A stretch of 27,012 nt of DNA from a candidate division WOR-3 bacterium (lineage in GTDB: Bacteria > Hydrothermota > Hydrothermia > B15-G9 > WFZT01). Shown one piece after another: positions 9,499 to 18,924 of this stretch. The DNA lies in the NCBI GenBank assembly GCA_027053075.1, contig JALUEE010000098.1, positions 1 through 27,012 of the forward strand, in the 5' to 3' direction. Every line of letters begins with the position of its first letter. Positions within the stretch are counted from its first letter, which is position 1. The notes under the pieces were generated by a model. It was not told where the DNA came from. It saw only the letters and a program-made list of their open reading frames with translations, and made no database searches. The position numbers were made by a program, and so were the translations under genes.

Positions 9499-11106
9499 AT
9501 GAAACTTGTCCATAAACTGTTTTCTGACTGGATAACCTGGGGACTTTTAGGTGCTATAGCACTTTCTATAGTTCTGGCCAGGTTTGTTCCTGACCTCAGG
9601 TGCCTCGTGTTCCCTTTTGTAGGGGCCCTAATCGGGTACATTACCAATGTTCTTGCAGTATGGATGATTTTTAACCCCAAGAAGCCAAAGAATTTCAAGC
9701 TCTTTAAATGGCAGGGATTGGTTCCAAAATCCAAACCCCGGATTTCAGAGAATTTATCAACCACAGTCGAAAAAGAACTCGTAAACCCGATGCTGATCAA
9801 GGACCATCTTATGAAAAATGACAAGAAAATTGTGGAGGGCCTGAAAGATTTCATAATAAATGAGCTAAATAAAGAGTTGCCTTCCTTACAGGAGCTCGCG
9901 GGGGATCGATATTACAGAATAAAAGCAACAATCTTGGACTTTTACGAAAGCAACGTCTCAAGACTGGTAACCCTCGTTGATGCCATGCTCAAGGAGATTC
10001 TCAAAAGACCGCTAAGGGAGTTTGTGGGAGAAGGTCAATATGCCGAGATAAGAAACCATCTCTCGGCATTTATTAAAGAAAGGATAGAGGAAGTATCCAA
10101 TCGTTCTATAGGGGATTTAGTAGGTTCACGAGACTTAAAGGCACTTGCCGAAAATTTAGTTGATAAAATAGACGAGGATGCAATTTCATCACTATACAGA
10201 ATGATTTCCTCGAAGAGCATTCACGACATTTATCCTGATTCCGAAGAGATTTCAAGAAAGGTGATCGAGTTTATTGCTCTAAAACTTCGAGAGCCCGAGT
10301 TCAGAGAAAATTTAGCAAGAATGATTATAAATGCTGTGAGAGAGCGGGAAACCTTGATAGGAAGAGCACTTGTGAACGGCATTGATTTTATTATCGACCT
10401 TGAAGCGCGTATTTCAGATTATCTCGAAAACCTTGCAGACAGGATTGAGAATGATCCGGAATTTATCGAGGATATAGAAACCAGTGTCATATCTTTTTTG
10501 AGACAGCCAATCTCGAGTTATATTGAAGAAGATAAATTTACACGATATCTTTACAGGACTTTGACGCTCATAAAGCCTATTATGATTGAAAATGTTGCCC
10601 GGATTTCCAATCGCCCCTTGAAAGATATAGTACCCATCACCACGCTGCAATCCCTTAGAGAAAAATTTATAAAATGGCTTGACTCAAAATACAGGGAAAA
10701 TCTAAACGAGCCTGTGATGCTGGACTTTTATGAAAAATATCGTGAGTCCATTGTCAAAGTAATGGAAAGTGCACTCTATTCTGCCAAAGGATTTATTGAA
10801 TCTTCTCTTGATAAGTTAAGTAACAAGCCCATAGGGGAACCATCCCGCTTCTTCAATTTAGAAGACGTAATTGATGACTTTCTTAATCTTATGTTTCCTA
10901 AAATATTGATACTTATCGAGGAGCTCATAGAAAGAATCAACATAAAAACGATAGTGCGTGAGAGAGTGGATTCATTTAGCGTTGAGGAAATGGAAGAGGT
11001 AGTTTTTGGTATGATGAACAGGGAATTCAGGACCATAGAGTTACTGGGAATCCCCATTGGATTTCTTGTAGGATTTATTCAGGGGGCATTATGCCTGATG
11101 GGGTGA
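9499..11106 (+). CDS. DUF445 family membrane-anchored helical protein
   Basis: GALIGYITNVLAVWMIF and QGLVP near the N-terminus, IELLGIPIGFLVG at the C-terminus, long helical middle. Confidence 0.8.
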   Translation: MKLVHKLFSDWITWGLLGAIALSIVLARFVPDLRCLVFPFVGALIGYITNVLAVWMIFNPKKPKNFKLFKWQGLVPKSKPRISENLSTTVEKELVNPMLIKDHLMKNDKKIVEGLKDFIINELNKELPSLQELAGDRYYRIKATILDFYESNVSRLVTLVDAMLKEILKRPLREFVGEGQYAEIRNHLSAFIKERIEEVSNRSIGDLVGSRDLKALAENLVDKIDEDAISSLYRMISSKSIHDIYPDSEEISRKVIEFIALKLREPEFRENLARMIINAVRERETLIGRALVNGIDFIIDLEARISDYLENLADRIENDPEFIEDIETSVISFLRQPISSYIEEDKFTRYLYRTLTLIKPIMIENVARISNRPLKDIVPITTLQSLREKFIKWLDSKYRENLNEPVMLDFYEKYRESIVKVMESALYSAKGFIESSLDKLSNKPIGEPSRFFNLEDVIDDFLNLMFPKILILIEELIERINIKTIVRERVDSFSVEEMEEVVFGMMNREFRTIELLGIPIGFLVGFIQGALCLMG

Positions 11107-11175
11107 TTTTATGATGGTAATAGAAATTGGTGCACCCTGTTACCTTACACATACTGCAGAAGATTTTTAAGGTTA

Positions 11176-11222
11176 CCCCTCACCTCTATCCTCTCCCCGC
11201 GAGTATTTATGCGGGGAGAGGA
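11176..11222 (+). repeat. REP-like copy R2
   Basis: CCCCTCACCTCTA tail plus a perfect 12-bp stem TCCTCTCCCCGC/GCGGGGAGAGGA. Confidence 0.85.
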
Positions 11223-11314
11223 AGTTTTGGGTTTGGAAGCAAATTTTTGCCGGAGAGAAAAATCCTTTTTGAAAGACATTCCATAGTGACCTCACACACT
11301 AAGAAGCAAAATCT

Positions 11315-11353
11315 CCCTCCTTCCTCGAGGAAGGAGGGTTTAGGTGAGAATGG
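11315..11353 (-). repeat. REP-like copy R3 (inverted partner of R2)
   Basis: 24-bp perfect palindrome CCCTCCTTCCTCGAGGAAGGAGGG plus tail TTTAGGTGAGAATGG. Confidence 0.8.
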
Positions 11354-11472
11354 TGAAAAATGGATTCTGGAAAGTTCAGAAATCCTCAAAATCATTTCGT
11401 TGTAGGAAAAGGGTAGAACCAAGAGTCCCCCTACAGGCCCTGCCTGTGTAATCGAAAGGCCAAAAATTATAA

Positions 11473-11499
11473 CCCTCCCCCGCACTTCGCGCGGGGGAG
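11473..11499 (-). repeat. REP-like copy R4, left part (interrupted by the IS110 element)
   Basis: CCCTCCCCCGC-ACTTCGC-GCGGGGGAG; the stem's last two bases and the tail lie at 13240-13256. Confidence 0.85.
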
Positions 11500-11513
11500 A
11501 TAACAATAATGTT

Positions 11514-11519
11514 TGTCAA
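11514..11519 (-). promoter_or_regulatory. Outward-facing -35 box at the IS right end (half of a circle-junction promoter)
   Basis: TTGACA on the - strand, 14 nt inside the CT core. Confidence 0.65.
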
Positions 11520-11677
11520 GATTGACAACAACAGTATCATAAAATTTGATATCGTTATTATTGTAAAACTTTGATGCCACTGCCTTCTATGGTCTTTGTG
11601 ATTTTTGACAATATTATGCCCCTCTCTAACCTGCTATCAAGCTGGACAAAATCTGAATTTTTTTCTTTCCTTCCCGC

Positions 11678-12973
11678 CTAAAATATGTTTATATCTATCT
11701 CATCACTTTCCGTTGGACGTTGTGCCCTTGTCTCCACCCCCGCCATCTCCATCCTTCTCATCGCCATCTCTTCTCCCCTCCTTATACCTTCCATCGCCTT
11801 CTCCAAACTCCACTCCTCTCCGCTAACCGCTATCGCATACACTATCTCCGCTAATTTCCTCGCTACCGCCCCTCCCGCTGCCCTCTTGCTCTTACCACGC
11901 CTCAATAACCTCTCATAATACGCCCTTATCTGCGGATTCGTCCTCCTCGCACTCACACCCGCAAGTAAAAATGCCATCTTCAACATCCTGTTCCCCTTGT
12001 TCGTCATCTTCCCCCTCCTTCGCATATCACCACTCTCCCATACCGTCGGATACAACCCACAATAACCCACAAATTTCTTCTTGCTCCTAAACCTACGCTT
12101 TATGTCCCCTGCCTCCGCTATTATCACACCCGCTGTCACCCAGCCTATCCCCGGTATGCTCGTTATCTTGCACTCCGAATAGTATTCCTCAACTATCTCC
12201 TTTACTTCCCTGTCTATCTCCTTTATCACCCCATCGATCTCCAATATCTGCCTCACTATCGTCCTTATTATCAGCATCTCCGCCTCTGTTAATTCCTGTA
12301 TCGGTGCACTCCTCGCTACATCTATTACCTTCCTGACTATGCTCCTCCTTATTTTCTGCCTACCAACCCTTATCTTCATTAATTCCTCTTCCCCAGCTCC
12401 CAGTATTAAATGGGGTGATGGAAATCTCTGGAGTATGTAAAGAAAACCAAGAGGCAACCCACTCTTCACCAGAATCCTGTATCCAGGGAAATAAATTCTC
12501 AGTATGTGGTACAATTGATTCTTTAAAGAGGCCTTGTTCTCTATGAAGGTACGTCTTGTGCGAACAAGATGACGCAGGCGTTGGAGGAAGAGGGGAACGT
12601 GATAGTCTCCCTGAGGTTTGATAGTGGCCAGGTAGCGGGCTATAATTTGAGCATCGATACGGTCGGTTTTGGCACTGACGTTGAGTGCTTTAGCGAAGTA
12701 ACGGACGGATGCGGGATTGAGTTGATGTACTTCAATGTTATCCATGGCTTCGAGGGTGTGTAGGATACCGATATGGAAGTCACCGGTAGATTCGAGGCCG
12801 CAGACGATTTTATAGTTTTTGGAGAGTGAGGAGATGAGTTGGGAGAACTCATGCCAGCCATCAGGGGTATTAGGGTATTTAGCGGAGGATATGACGGGGT
12901 GTAAATTATCATCGAAGAAGGAGGCGAATAGTTCTTTTGAGCTTACGTCTATACCAACGTATAAAGTATCCAT
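11678..12973 (-). CDS. IS110-family DEDD recombinase/transposase
   Basis: GIDVS, GLESTG and KTDRIDA (DEDD tetrad), SIPGIG, catalytic-serine loop WESG, KGNRMLK, AVARKL; SD AGGAGGTG at 12985-12978; intact 431 aa. Confidence 0.97.
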   Translation of the reverse strand: MDTLYVGIDVSSKELFASFFDDNLHPVISSAKYPNTPDGWHEFSQLISSLSKNYKIVCGLESTGDFHIGILHTLEAMDNIEVHQLNPASVRYFAKALNVSAKTDRIDAQIIARYLATIKPQGDYHVPLFLQRLRHLVRTRRTFIENKASLKNQLYHILRIYFPGYRILVKSGLPLGFLYILQRFPSPHLILGAGEEELMKIRVGRQKIRRSIVRKVIDVARSAPIQELTEAEMLIIRTIVRQILEIDGVIKEIDREVKEIVEEYYSECKITSIPGIGWVTAGVIIAEAGDIKRRFRSKKKFVGYCGLYPTVWESGDMRRRGKMTNKGNRMLKMAFLLAGVSARRTNPQIRAYYERLLRRGKSKRAAGGAVARKLAEIVYAIAVSGEEWSLEKAMEGIRRGEEMAMRRMEMAGVETRAQRPTESDEIDINIF

Positions 12974-12997
12974 AATGCACCTCCTGTTTTTTTTATT

Positions 12998-13177
12998 GGG
13001 AGGAGATGGAGAGTGGGAGCCTCCACCGAATGGGGTATAGCCTAACCTTCTGAATGGAGTGATTTTTTACACGAATAACAATCCAGGCTTATACCCCAGG
13101 TGGAGGGACCAATCTCCCCCTCGGGGTCATGCCCCAGGACCAAGGCCGGTCTCCACCCACTCATACCATCTCCTCCC
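12998..13177 (-). ncRNA. Putative bridge RNA (target-binding and donor-binding loops)
   Basis: Closing stem 12998-13009/13166-13177; two stem-internal loop-stem domains whose loop strands match the target and donor sequences. Confidence 0.85.
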
Positions 13178-13228
13178 GAAGTGTTTTCCCTATATTTTTA
13201 GTGATAACCATCATAAATAACAACAAAC

Positions 13229-13234
13229 ATTATA
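13229..13234 (-). promoter_or_regulatory. -10 box at the IS left end
   Basis: TATAAT on the - strand, 3 nt inside the CT core and upstream of the bridge RNA. Confidence 0.7.
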
Positions 13235-13239
13235 GAAAG

Positions 13240-13256
13240 GGATCAAAGGGAGGGGG
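13240..13256 (-). repeat. REP-like copy R4, right part
   Basis: GGATCAAAGGGAGGGGG completes the stem and tail of R4. Confidence 0.8.
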
Positions 13257-13292
13257 CTTTCCGCTTGGAATCTTAGAAAATTTAGATGTAAA

Positions 13293-13330
13293 CCCTCACC
13301 CCATCCCTCTCCCACGTAGTGGGAGAGGGA
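13293..13330 (+). repeat. REP-like copy R5
   Basis: CCCTCACCCCA tail plus a 12-bp stem TCCCTCTCCCAC-GTA-GTGGGAGAGGGA. Confidence 0.85.
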
Positions 13331-13367
13331 GACTCACAGATTTTTACTGAAATTTTGTCAGTTGTTG

Positions 13368-13415
13368 CCCCTCACCTCAATCCTCTCCCCGCAAGTATTT
13401 ATGCGGGTGAGAGGA
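13368..13415 (+). repeat. REP-like copy R6 (near-identical to R2)
   Basis: CCCCTCACCTCAATCCTCTCCCCGCAAGTATTTATGCGGGTGAGAGGA. Confidence 0.85.
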
Positions 13416-13477
13416 AGAATTTTGTGGCAAACAAATAATTCTCAGAAGTGCCGCCTGTGAGATAAAAAGTAAAATTT

Positions 13478-13522
13478 CCCCTTCTTCACAAGCGAAGCTT
13501 GTGAGGGATTTAGAGAAGGGGC
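13478..13522 (-). repeat. Degenerate REP-like copy R7
   Basis: TCACAAGC-GAA-GCTTGTGA hairpin with a G-rich tail. Confidence 0.55.
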
Positions 13523-13601
13523 ATACCTCTTGAAATCTTTAAAAATTCAACACGCTATCCATCACTCCCATTCTTTACCCCGGATTAACACATTTTGAAA
13601 T

Positions 13602-14711
13602 TTACTGCATGTTTTCCCGGTACTGAATATAAGGGAGGCGAGCGAGATTTTCCCTTATGGCATCTGTCAACCTGTCCATATTCTCACCTGACAGGGCAGA
13701 AACAAAGACCGAATTTTCGTACCTCTCAGCCAGCCTCTCGATCATCGTTCTATCAAGCAACATATCAATCTTATTAAACACCCTAATTAGTGTCTTCTGG
13801 TCAACTCCAAGGTCTTTCAAAACATTCTCAACTATTTCAATTTTCTCTGCAAGTCGCTCACAGGTTATGTCTATCACATGCAAGAGCAAGTCTGCTTCTT
13901 TCACCACACCCAGGGTGGCGTTGAAAGAGGCAACAAGTCCGGGCGGCAAATCCTCAATAAATCCAACCGTATCAGACAAAAGCACACGGTATGGAAAATC
14001 AGGAAGGTAGAGTATCCTCGTTGTCGCATCCAGTGTGGCAAAGAGCTTATCTTCGACCTTCACACCTGCCCTCGTCAGGAAATTCATTATGGATGACTTT
14101 CCAGCATTGGTGTAACCAACGAGGGAGACTTTCAGGACGCTCTGACGTCTTTTCCTTTGAACCTCTCTTGACCTCTCAATAGTTTTCAATCTTTGCTTCA
14201 GAAAATGAATACGATCAAGAATCCGTCTTCTGTCAACCTCCAGCTTTTTTTCTCCAGGCCCACGTGTACCGATTCCACCACCGAGACGGGAAAGCGCAAG
14301 TCCCTTTCCTGTGAGTCGAGGCAACCTGTATTCAAGTTGAGCAAGTTCTACCTGTATCTTAGCTTCAGATGTTCTTGCATGCTGCGCGAAGATATCCATT
14401 ATCACCTCGGTCCTGTCGAGCACCTTCACGCCGATAATACTTTCGAGATTGTTCACCTGTGAAGGGGTAAGCTCGGCATCAAAGACCACGAGGTCAAGAC
14501 CAAACTGCTTTACAATATCCCGAATCTCGTAGGCCTTGCCTTTGCCAATATAATACTTGGGGTCAATTTTCTCGCGAATCTGCAGAACCTTCTCGAAAAC
14601 CTCAGCCCCTGCAGTTGTTACAAGGAGGGCAAGCTCCTCAAGCCTGTCGGCCTCGTCCCACCTTTCCCTCGAACTTTTCGCCACTCCGACAAGTAACGCC
14701 TTCTCCTTCAT
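13602..14711 (-). CDS. hflX: Ribosome-splitting GTPase HflX
   Basis: GIGTRGPGEKKLE, GYTNAGKS, LFATLD, DTVGF, NKID. Confidence 0.97.
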   Translation of the reverse strand: MKEKALLVGVAKSSRERWDEADRLEELALLVTTAGAEVFEKVLQIREKIDPKYYIGKGKAYEIRDIVKQFGLDLVVFDAELTPSQVNNLESIIGVKVLDRTEVIMDIFAQHARTSEAKIQVELAQLEYRLPRLTGKGLALSRLGGGIGTRGPGEKKLEVDRRRILDRIHFLKQRLKTIERSREVQRKRRQSVLKVSLVGYTNAGKSSIMNFLTRAGVKVEDKLFATLDATTRILYLPDFPYRVLLSDTVGFIEDLPPGLVASFNATLGVVKEADLLLHVIDITCERLAEKIEIVENVLKDLGVDQKTLIRVFNKIDMLLDRTMIERLAERYENSVFVSALSGENMDRLTDAIRENLARLPYIQYRENMQ

Positions 14712-14712
14712 C

Positions 14713-17079
14713 CTACAGGCTCACCCAGCGTGCGTATTCTCCTTCCTGGAAGCTCGGTACAGCGTTTTCCCACTTCATGTCACCAAATAGTTCTTCAACA
14801 AACTCGTCCAGATTGCGGACGAAAACGAGTTTCAGCCCGCGCTTTATCTCTGGATTAAAGCTTCTGACCTTTGCTTTGTTGTCGTAAGGCAGAATCACTT
14901 TTTTAATCCCACTTCTACGCGCGGCGAGAATCTTTTCCTCAAGACCGCCGACAGGTAAGACTTCACCGGAGAGTGTGATTTCACCAGTCATTGCAACATC
15001 ACCCGAGACCGGAGTTTTTGTAAATGCAGAAATCATAGCTGCGAGAATCGCGACACCAGCAGATGGCCCATCCTTTGGAATGGCACCCTCAGGAACATGC
15101 AGGTGTAGATCAATGTCACGGTAGAAATCTTCAGGCAGACTAAACCTTCTATAGTGTGAACGGATGTAACTCAGGGCCGCCTTTGCAGACTCCTTCATCA
15201 CGTCTCCCAGCGAGCCTGTGAGCTCAAGTTTGCCCGAACCCTTCATGAGCGCAGACTCGATTTTCAAAAGATCGCCACCGAATTCCGTCCAGGCCAGTCC
15301 ATAGGCAACTCCCACAGGAAGAGTCTTCTCCCTTTTACGCATTCTGTACTTCGGCAGGCCAAGGTATTCCTTGACATTCTTCACAGTAATCTCTGCCTTT
15401 TCACCCTTCTCAATGTAATTCTTGGCGACCTTACGCATGATTCTCGCAATAGCACGCTCAAGTTCCCTCACACCTGCCTCGCGTGTATATTCTCGAATAA
15501 TTTTCAGAATGGCCCGGTCTGTAAATGAAATCACGTCCTCGGGCAGACCAATTTCGTCTCGCTTTTTAGGAATGAGGTGTCTTTTGGCAATTTGAAGTTT
15601 TTCAAAATCAAGATAGCCACGTAGCTGAATCACTTCCATCCTGTCGAGGAGTGGTCTCGGTATTCCATAAAGTGAATTTGCCGTTGTAATGAAAAGCACT
15701 TCGGAGAGGTCAAAATCCACCTCGAGATAATGGTCCTGGAAGTTCTGATTTACCTCAGGGTCGAGCACTTCCATCAGTGCAGCCTGCGGGTCACCTCTAA
15801 AATCCTGACCGACCTTATCGATCTCGTCTAAAAGGAATACAGGATTTTTTGTACCCGCCCGCCTGAGCTGCTGAATAATTCTTCCAGGCAAGGCCCCTAC
15901 ATAGGTTCTCCTGTGGCCGCGAATCTCTGCCTCGTCCCGCACTCCACCAAGAGAAATTCTGACAAATTTTCTTCCAAGTGCCCTTGCTATAGATTTGGCA
16001 AGAGAGGTTTTACCCACACCCGGTGGCCCAACAAAGCAGATCACCTGTCCTTTAATCTTCCCTTTGAGCTTTAGAACTGCAAGATATTCTAAAATTCTCT
16101 CTTTTGGCTCTTCGAGACCATAATGGTCCTCATCAAGAACTCTCCTTGCGTTTTCAAGGTCAAGGTTGTCTTTTGTCTTCTTCTTCCAGGGCAAGGCAAT
16201 GAGCCAGTCGAGGTAATTCCTGATAACAGTAGCCTCTGGTGAAACCATCGGGGTTCTTTTTAGTTTGTTCAGCTCCGCAAGGGCTTTCTCTCGCACGTCT
16301 TTGGGCATTCCTGCCTTCTTTATCTTTTCCTCGAGAATTGCAAATTCGTCGCCCTCTTCGCCACCAAGCTCCTTCTGGAGTTCCTTTATCTCCTGCTGTA
16401 AAAAGTATTGCTTCTGAGACTTCTTGATCTCCTCTCTCACCCGCTCCTCAATCTCCATCTTGAGCTTCAGGAATTCAATCTCACGCAAAAGAATCTTAAT
16501 TAGCTCCTGCAGGAAGTCCTCAAAGGTTGGAGTCTCAAGCAGCCTCTGCTTTTCCTCAAACTTAACAGGCAGGTGAATGGCGATATTGGTTGCAAGATAT
16601 TCTATCTCTGTGCTTCTGTCGAGCACATTTATTATGACATCCTCGGGGATAACTCGATTGAGCTCGGTGTACTCTTTAAAGTAGTCCTTGAGCATTCTGG
16701 CGAGATTTTCAACCTCTGATGGATTTACCTTTATCCAGGGATACTCCTCAACCTCGGCCTGATAATACCCTTCCTGGTAATCAAGATTCAGAATTTTAAC
16801 GCGCTTCAGCCCCTGAATGAGCGTGCGTATACTACCATCAGGTGCAACAATATGCTGGACGAACTTACCGATTACTCCGACATCGTAGAGGTCTTCTTTT
16901 TGAGGTTGTTCAACAGAACTCTTTCTCTGGGTAATAAATACTGCCTCGCCGCTCATTGAAATTGCATGGCGGGCAGCCTTGAGCGAAAATGGCCTTGCAA
17001 TTAAAATGGGAAATAGTGTATCTGGAAACAGCACTACCTCCCTTAATGGTATCAAAGGATATGTCTTTTTTGTTTCCAT
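14713..17079 (-). CDS. lon: ATP-dependent Lon protease
   Basis: N-domain, GPPGVGKTS Walker [16 protein letters not shown] catalytic serine. Confidence 0.98.
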   Translation of the reverse strand: METKKTYPLIPLREVVLFPDTLFPILIARPFSLKAARHAISMSGEAVFITQRKSSVEQPQKEDLYDVGVIGKFVQHIVAPDGSIRTLIQGLKRVKILNLDYQEGYYQAEVEEYPWIKVNPSEVENLARMLKDYFKEYTELNRVIPEDVIINVLDRSTEIEYLATNIAIHLPVKFEEKQRLLETPTFEDFLQELIKILLREIEFLKLKMEIEERVREEIKKSQKQYFLQQEIKELQKELGGEEGDEFAILEEKIKKAGMPKDVREKALAELNKLKRTPMVSPEATVIRNYLDWLIALPWKKKTKDNLDLENARRVLDEDHYGLEEPKERILEYLAVLKLKGKIKGQVICFVGPPGVGKTSLAKSIARALGRKFVRISLGGVRDEAEIRGHRRTYVGALPGRIIQQLRRAGTKNPVFLLDEIDKVGQDFRGDPQAALMEVLDPEVNQNFQDHYLEVDFDLSEVLFITTANSLYGIPRPLLDRMEVIQLRGYLDFEKLQIAKRHLIPKKRDEIGLPEDVISFTDRAILKIIREYTREAGVRELERAIARIMRKVAKNYIEKGEKAEITVKNVKEYLGLPKYRMRKREKTLPVGVAYGLAWTEFGGDLLKIESALMKGSGKLELTGSLGDVMKESAKAALSYIRSHYRRFSLPEDFYRDIDLHLHVPEGAIPKDGPSAGVAILAAMISAFTKTPVSGDVAMTGEITLSGEVLPVGGLEEKILAARRSGIKKVILPYDNKAKVRSFNPEIKRGLKLVFVRNLDEFVEELFGDMKWENAVPSFQEGEYARWVSL

Positions 17080-17081
17080 GG

Positions 17082-18320
17082 TTATTCAGCTCTCTTCCTC
17101 CTGTTTTTGAAGTAAATATACTCGGGGGCCTTCTTCCCCTCAATAGTCTCTCTTGTGATAACTACTTCCTTCACGTCTTTGAGCGACGGAAGATGGAACA
17201 TTGTGTCAAGCAAAATCTCCTCCATTATCGCCCTCAAACCTCTTGCCCCGGTTTTCCTGCTTATTGCAATATCGGCAACCGCTGCAAGGGCATCTTCAGT
17301 AACGGTTAGTTTCACACCTTCCATTTCGAAGAAGCGTTCAAATTGCTTTAAGACAGAATTTTTTGGCTCGACCATGATCCTCATAAGGTGCTCACGGGTC
17401 AGAGCATGCATTGTAGCAATCACAGGCACACGACCTATAAATTCTGGAATAAACCCGTATTTAATAAGGTCCTCGGGTCTTATCTTCTCAAGCACCTCGT
17501 CATCGGTCAATTCTTTAAGCTCGGTCTTAAATCCAACTGTTTTCTTGCCCAGACGGGCACGTATAATATTTTCAATGCCGTCGAATGTACCACCAAGGAT
17601 AAAGAGAATATTCCTTGTATCCACCTGAATGAAAGGCTGCTCCGGATGCTTTCTTCCACCTTGAGGCGGGACATTCACAACGGTTCCCTCAAGTATCTTG
17701 AGTAACGCCTGCTGCACCCCTTCGCCTGAAACGTCCCTTGTAATTGAAGGTGAATCGCTCTTCTTGGCTATTTTGTCAACTTCGTCAAGATAAACAATCC
17801 CCACCTCCGCACGTGCGACATCATAGTCCGCAGCCTGCAGGAGTCTTACAAGAATATTCTCAACATCCTCTCCCACATAGCCCGCCTCCGTCAATGGGGT
17901 GGCATCATAGATGGCAAAAGGAACATTGAGGAGTTTTGCAAGTGTCTTGGCAAGAAGGGTTTTACCGGTCCCGGTCGGCCCTATGAGGAGCACATTGGAT
18001 TTCTCGAGCTCGATATCCTTTCGGTGGTATCCCACACGCTTGTAATGATTGTAAACAGCCACGGAAAGCACCTTTTTGGCATACTCCTGTCCTACTACAT
18101 ATTCATCAAGAAATTCCTTAATCTCTTCGGGCTTTGGTGGCTTTACACTGGCACCCTGATGGGGGGTGTCTTTCTCGTTGATTATTTCATAGGCCAATCT
18201 GATGCAGTCCTCGCAAATGTATCCGTCAATACCGCTTATGAGGCGACCTACCTCGCTCTCAGTTCTGCCGCAGAAGGAACATCTGGGCTCCATCTTTTTA
18301 CTTTTTGCTCTTCTTGCCAT
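17082..18320 (-). CDS. clpX: Clp protease ATP-binding subunit ClpX
   Basis: CSFC/CEDC zinc finger, [23 protein letters not shown]. Confidence 0.98.
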   Translation of the reverse strand: MARRAKSKKMEPRCSFCGRTESEVGRLISGIDGYICEDCIRLAYEIINEKDTPHQGASVKPPKPEEIKEFLDEYVVGQEYAKKVLSVAVYNHYKRVGYHRKDIELEKSNVLLIGPTGTGKTLLAKTLAKLLNVPFAIYDATPLTEAGYVGEDVENILVRLLQAADYDVARAEVGIVYLDEVDKIAKKSDSPSITRDVSGEGVQQALLKILEGTVVNVPPQGGRKHPEQPFIQVDTRNILFILGGTFDGIENIIRARLGKKTVGFKTELKELTDDEVLEKIRPEDLIKYGFIPEFIGRVPVIATMHALTREHLMRIMVEPKNSVLKQFERFFEMEGVKLTVTEDALAAVADIAISRKTGARGLRAIMEEILLDTMFHLPSLKDVKEVVITRETIEGKKAPEYIYFKNRRKRAE

Positions 18321-18924
18321 TGGACATCATCTCCTTCCTCGAGGTAATCACCTCGTCAATAATACCGTATTCCTTCGCCTCATCCGGCGACATGAAAAAG
18401 TTTCTATCCGTGTCTTTTTCAATTTTTTCAATGGGTTGTCCCGTGTGTTTCGAAAGTATCTGGTTTAGCATGTTTTTAAGTTTAATAATCTCTTTTGCGT
18501 GAATTTCAATATCTGTAGCCTGTCCCTGCACTCCCCCCATGGGCTGGTGAATCATTATTCTTGAATGCGGAAGTGCGTACCTCTTGCCCTTTGTACCAGC
18601 AGCCAGCAGAATTGCTGCCATGGACGCCGCCATTCCCACGCAGATGGTTGATACGTCAGGCTTGATGTACTGCATGGTATCGTAAATGGCGAGCCCTGCA
18701 CTTACCACACCACCAGGCGAATTTATGTAGATATAAATGTCCTTTTCAGGGTCTTCTGCCTCAAGGAAGAGCAACTGGGCGATGACAAGATTGGCGACAT
18801 GGTCATCAATAGGACTACCAATAAAGATAATCCTATCCTTTAAAAGTCGCGAATAAATATCGTAAACTCTCTCGCCTCTGCCTGTTTGCTCGATAACATA
18901 AGGAATGTATTGTGCTTTCATCAC
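18298..18924 (-). CDS. clpP: Clp protease proteolytic subunit ClpP
   Basis: DIYSRLL, YINSPGG, AASMAA, MIHQP; the start may be the second Met (18921). Confidence 0.98.
   Translation of the reverse strand: MMKAQYIPYVIEQTGRGERVYDIYSRLLKDRIIFIGSPIDDHVANLVIAQLLFLEAEDPEKDIYIYINSPGGVVSAGLAIYDTMQYIKPDVSTICVGMAASMAAILLAAGTKGKRYALPHSRIMIHQPMGGVQGQATDIEIHAKEIIKLKNMLNQILSKHTGQPIEKIEKDTDRNFFMSPDEAKEYGIIDEVITSRKEMMSNGKKSKK

Larger units (their letters stand above)
11498..13239 (-). mobile_element. Complete IS110-family insertion sequence (bridge recombinase element), including both CT cores
   Basis: IS110 recombinase ORF; AG (CT on the - strand) at 11498-11499 and 13238-13239; removal restores the REP hairpin; -35 near the right end and -10 near the left end. 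Confidence 0.9.

Noticed and set aside
11127..11506. 92-aa and 99-aa ORFs
   Set aside because: They are translations of REP repeats; the same LPPSSRKEGLGE-type peptide recurs at 25191-25742
11498..13239. Terminal inverted repeats or target-site duplication for the IS; IS1111-type assignment
   Set aside because: Only the 2-nt core is shared, I see no convincing sub-terminal inverted repeats, and the structured RNA lies upstream of the ORF as in the IS110 subgroup
12819..13350. Two 73-aa + strand ORFs over the IS left end
   Set aside because: They overlap the recombinase, bridge RNA and REP sequence and show no coding features
11176..13522. CRISPR array
   Set aside because: The repeats vary in sequence, orientation and spacing, and no cas genes are present
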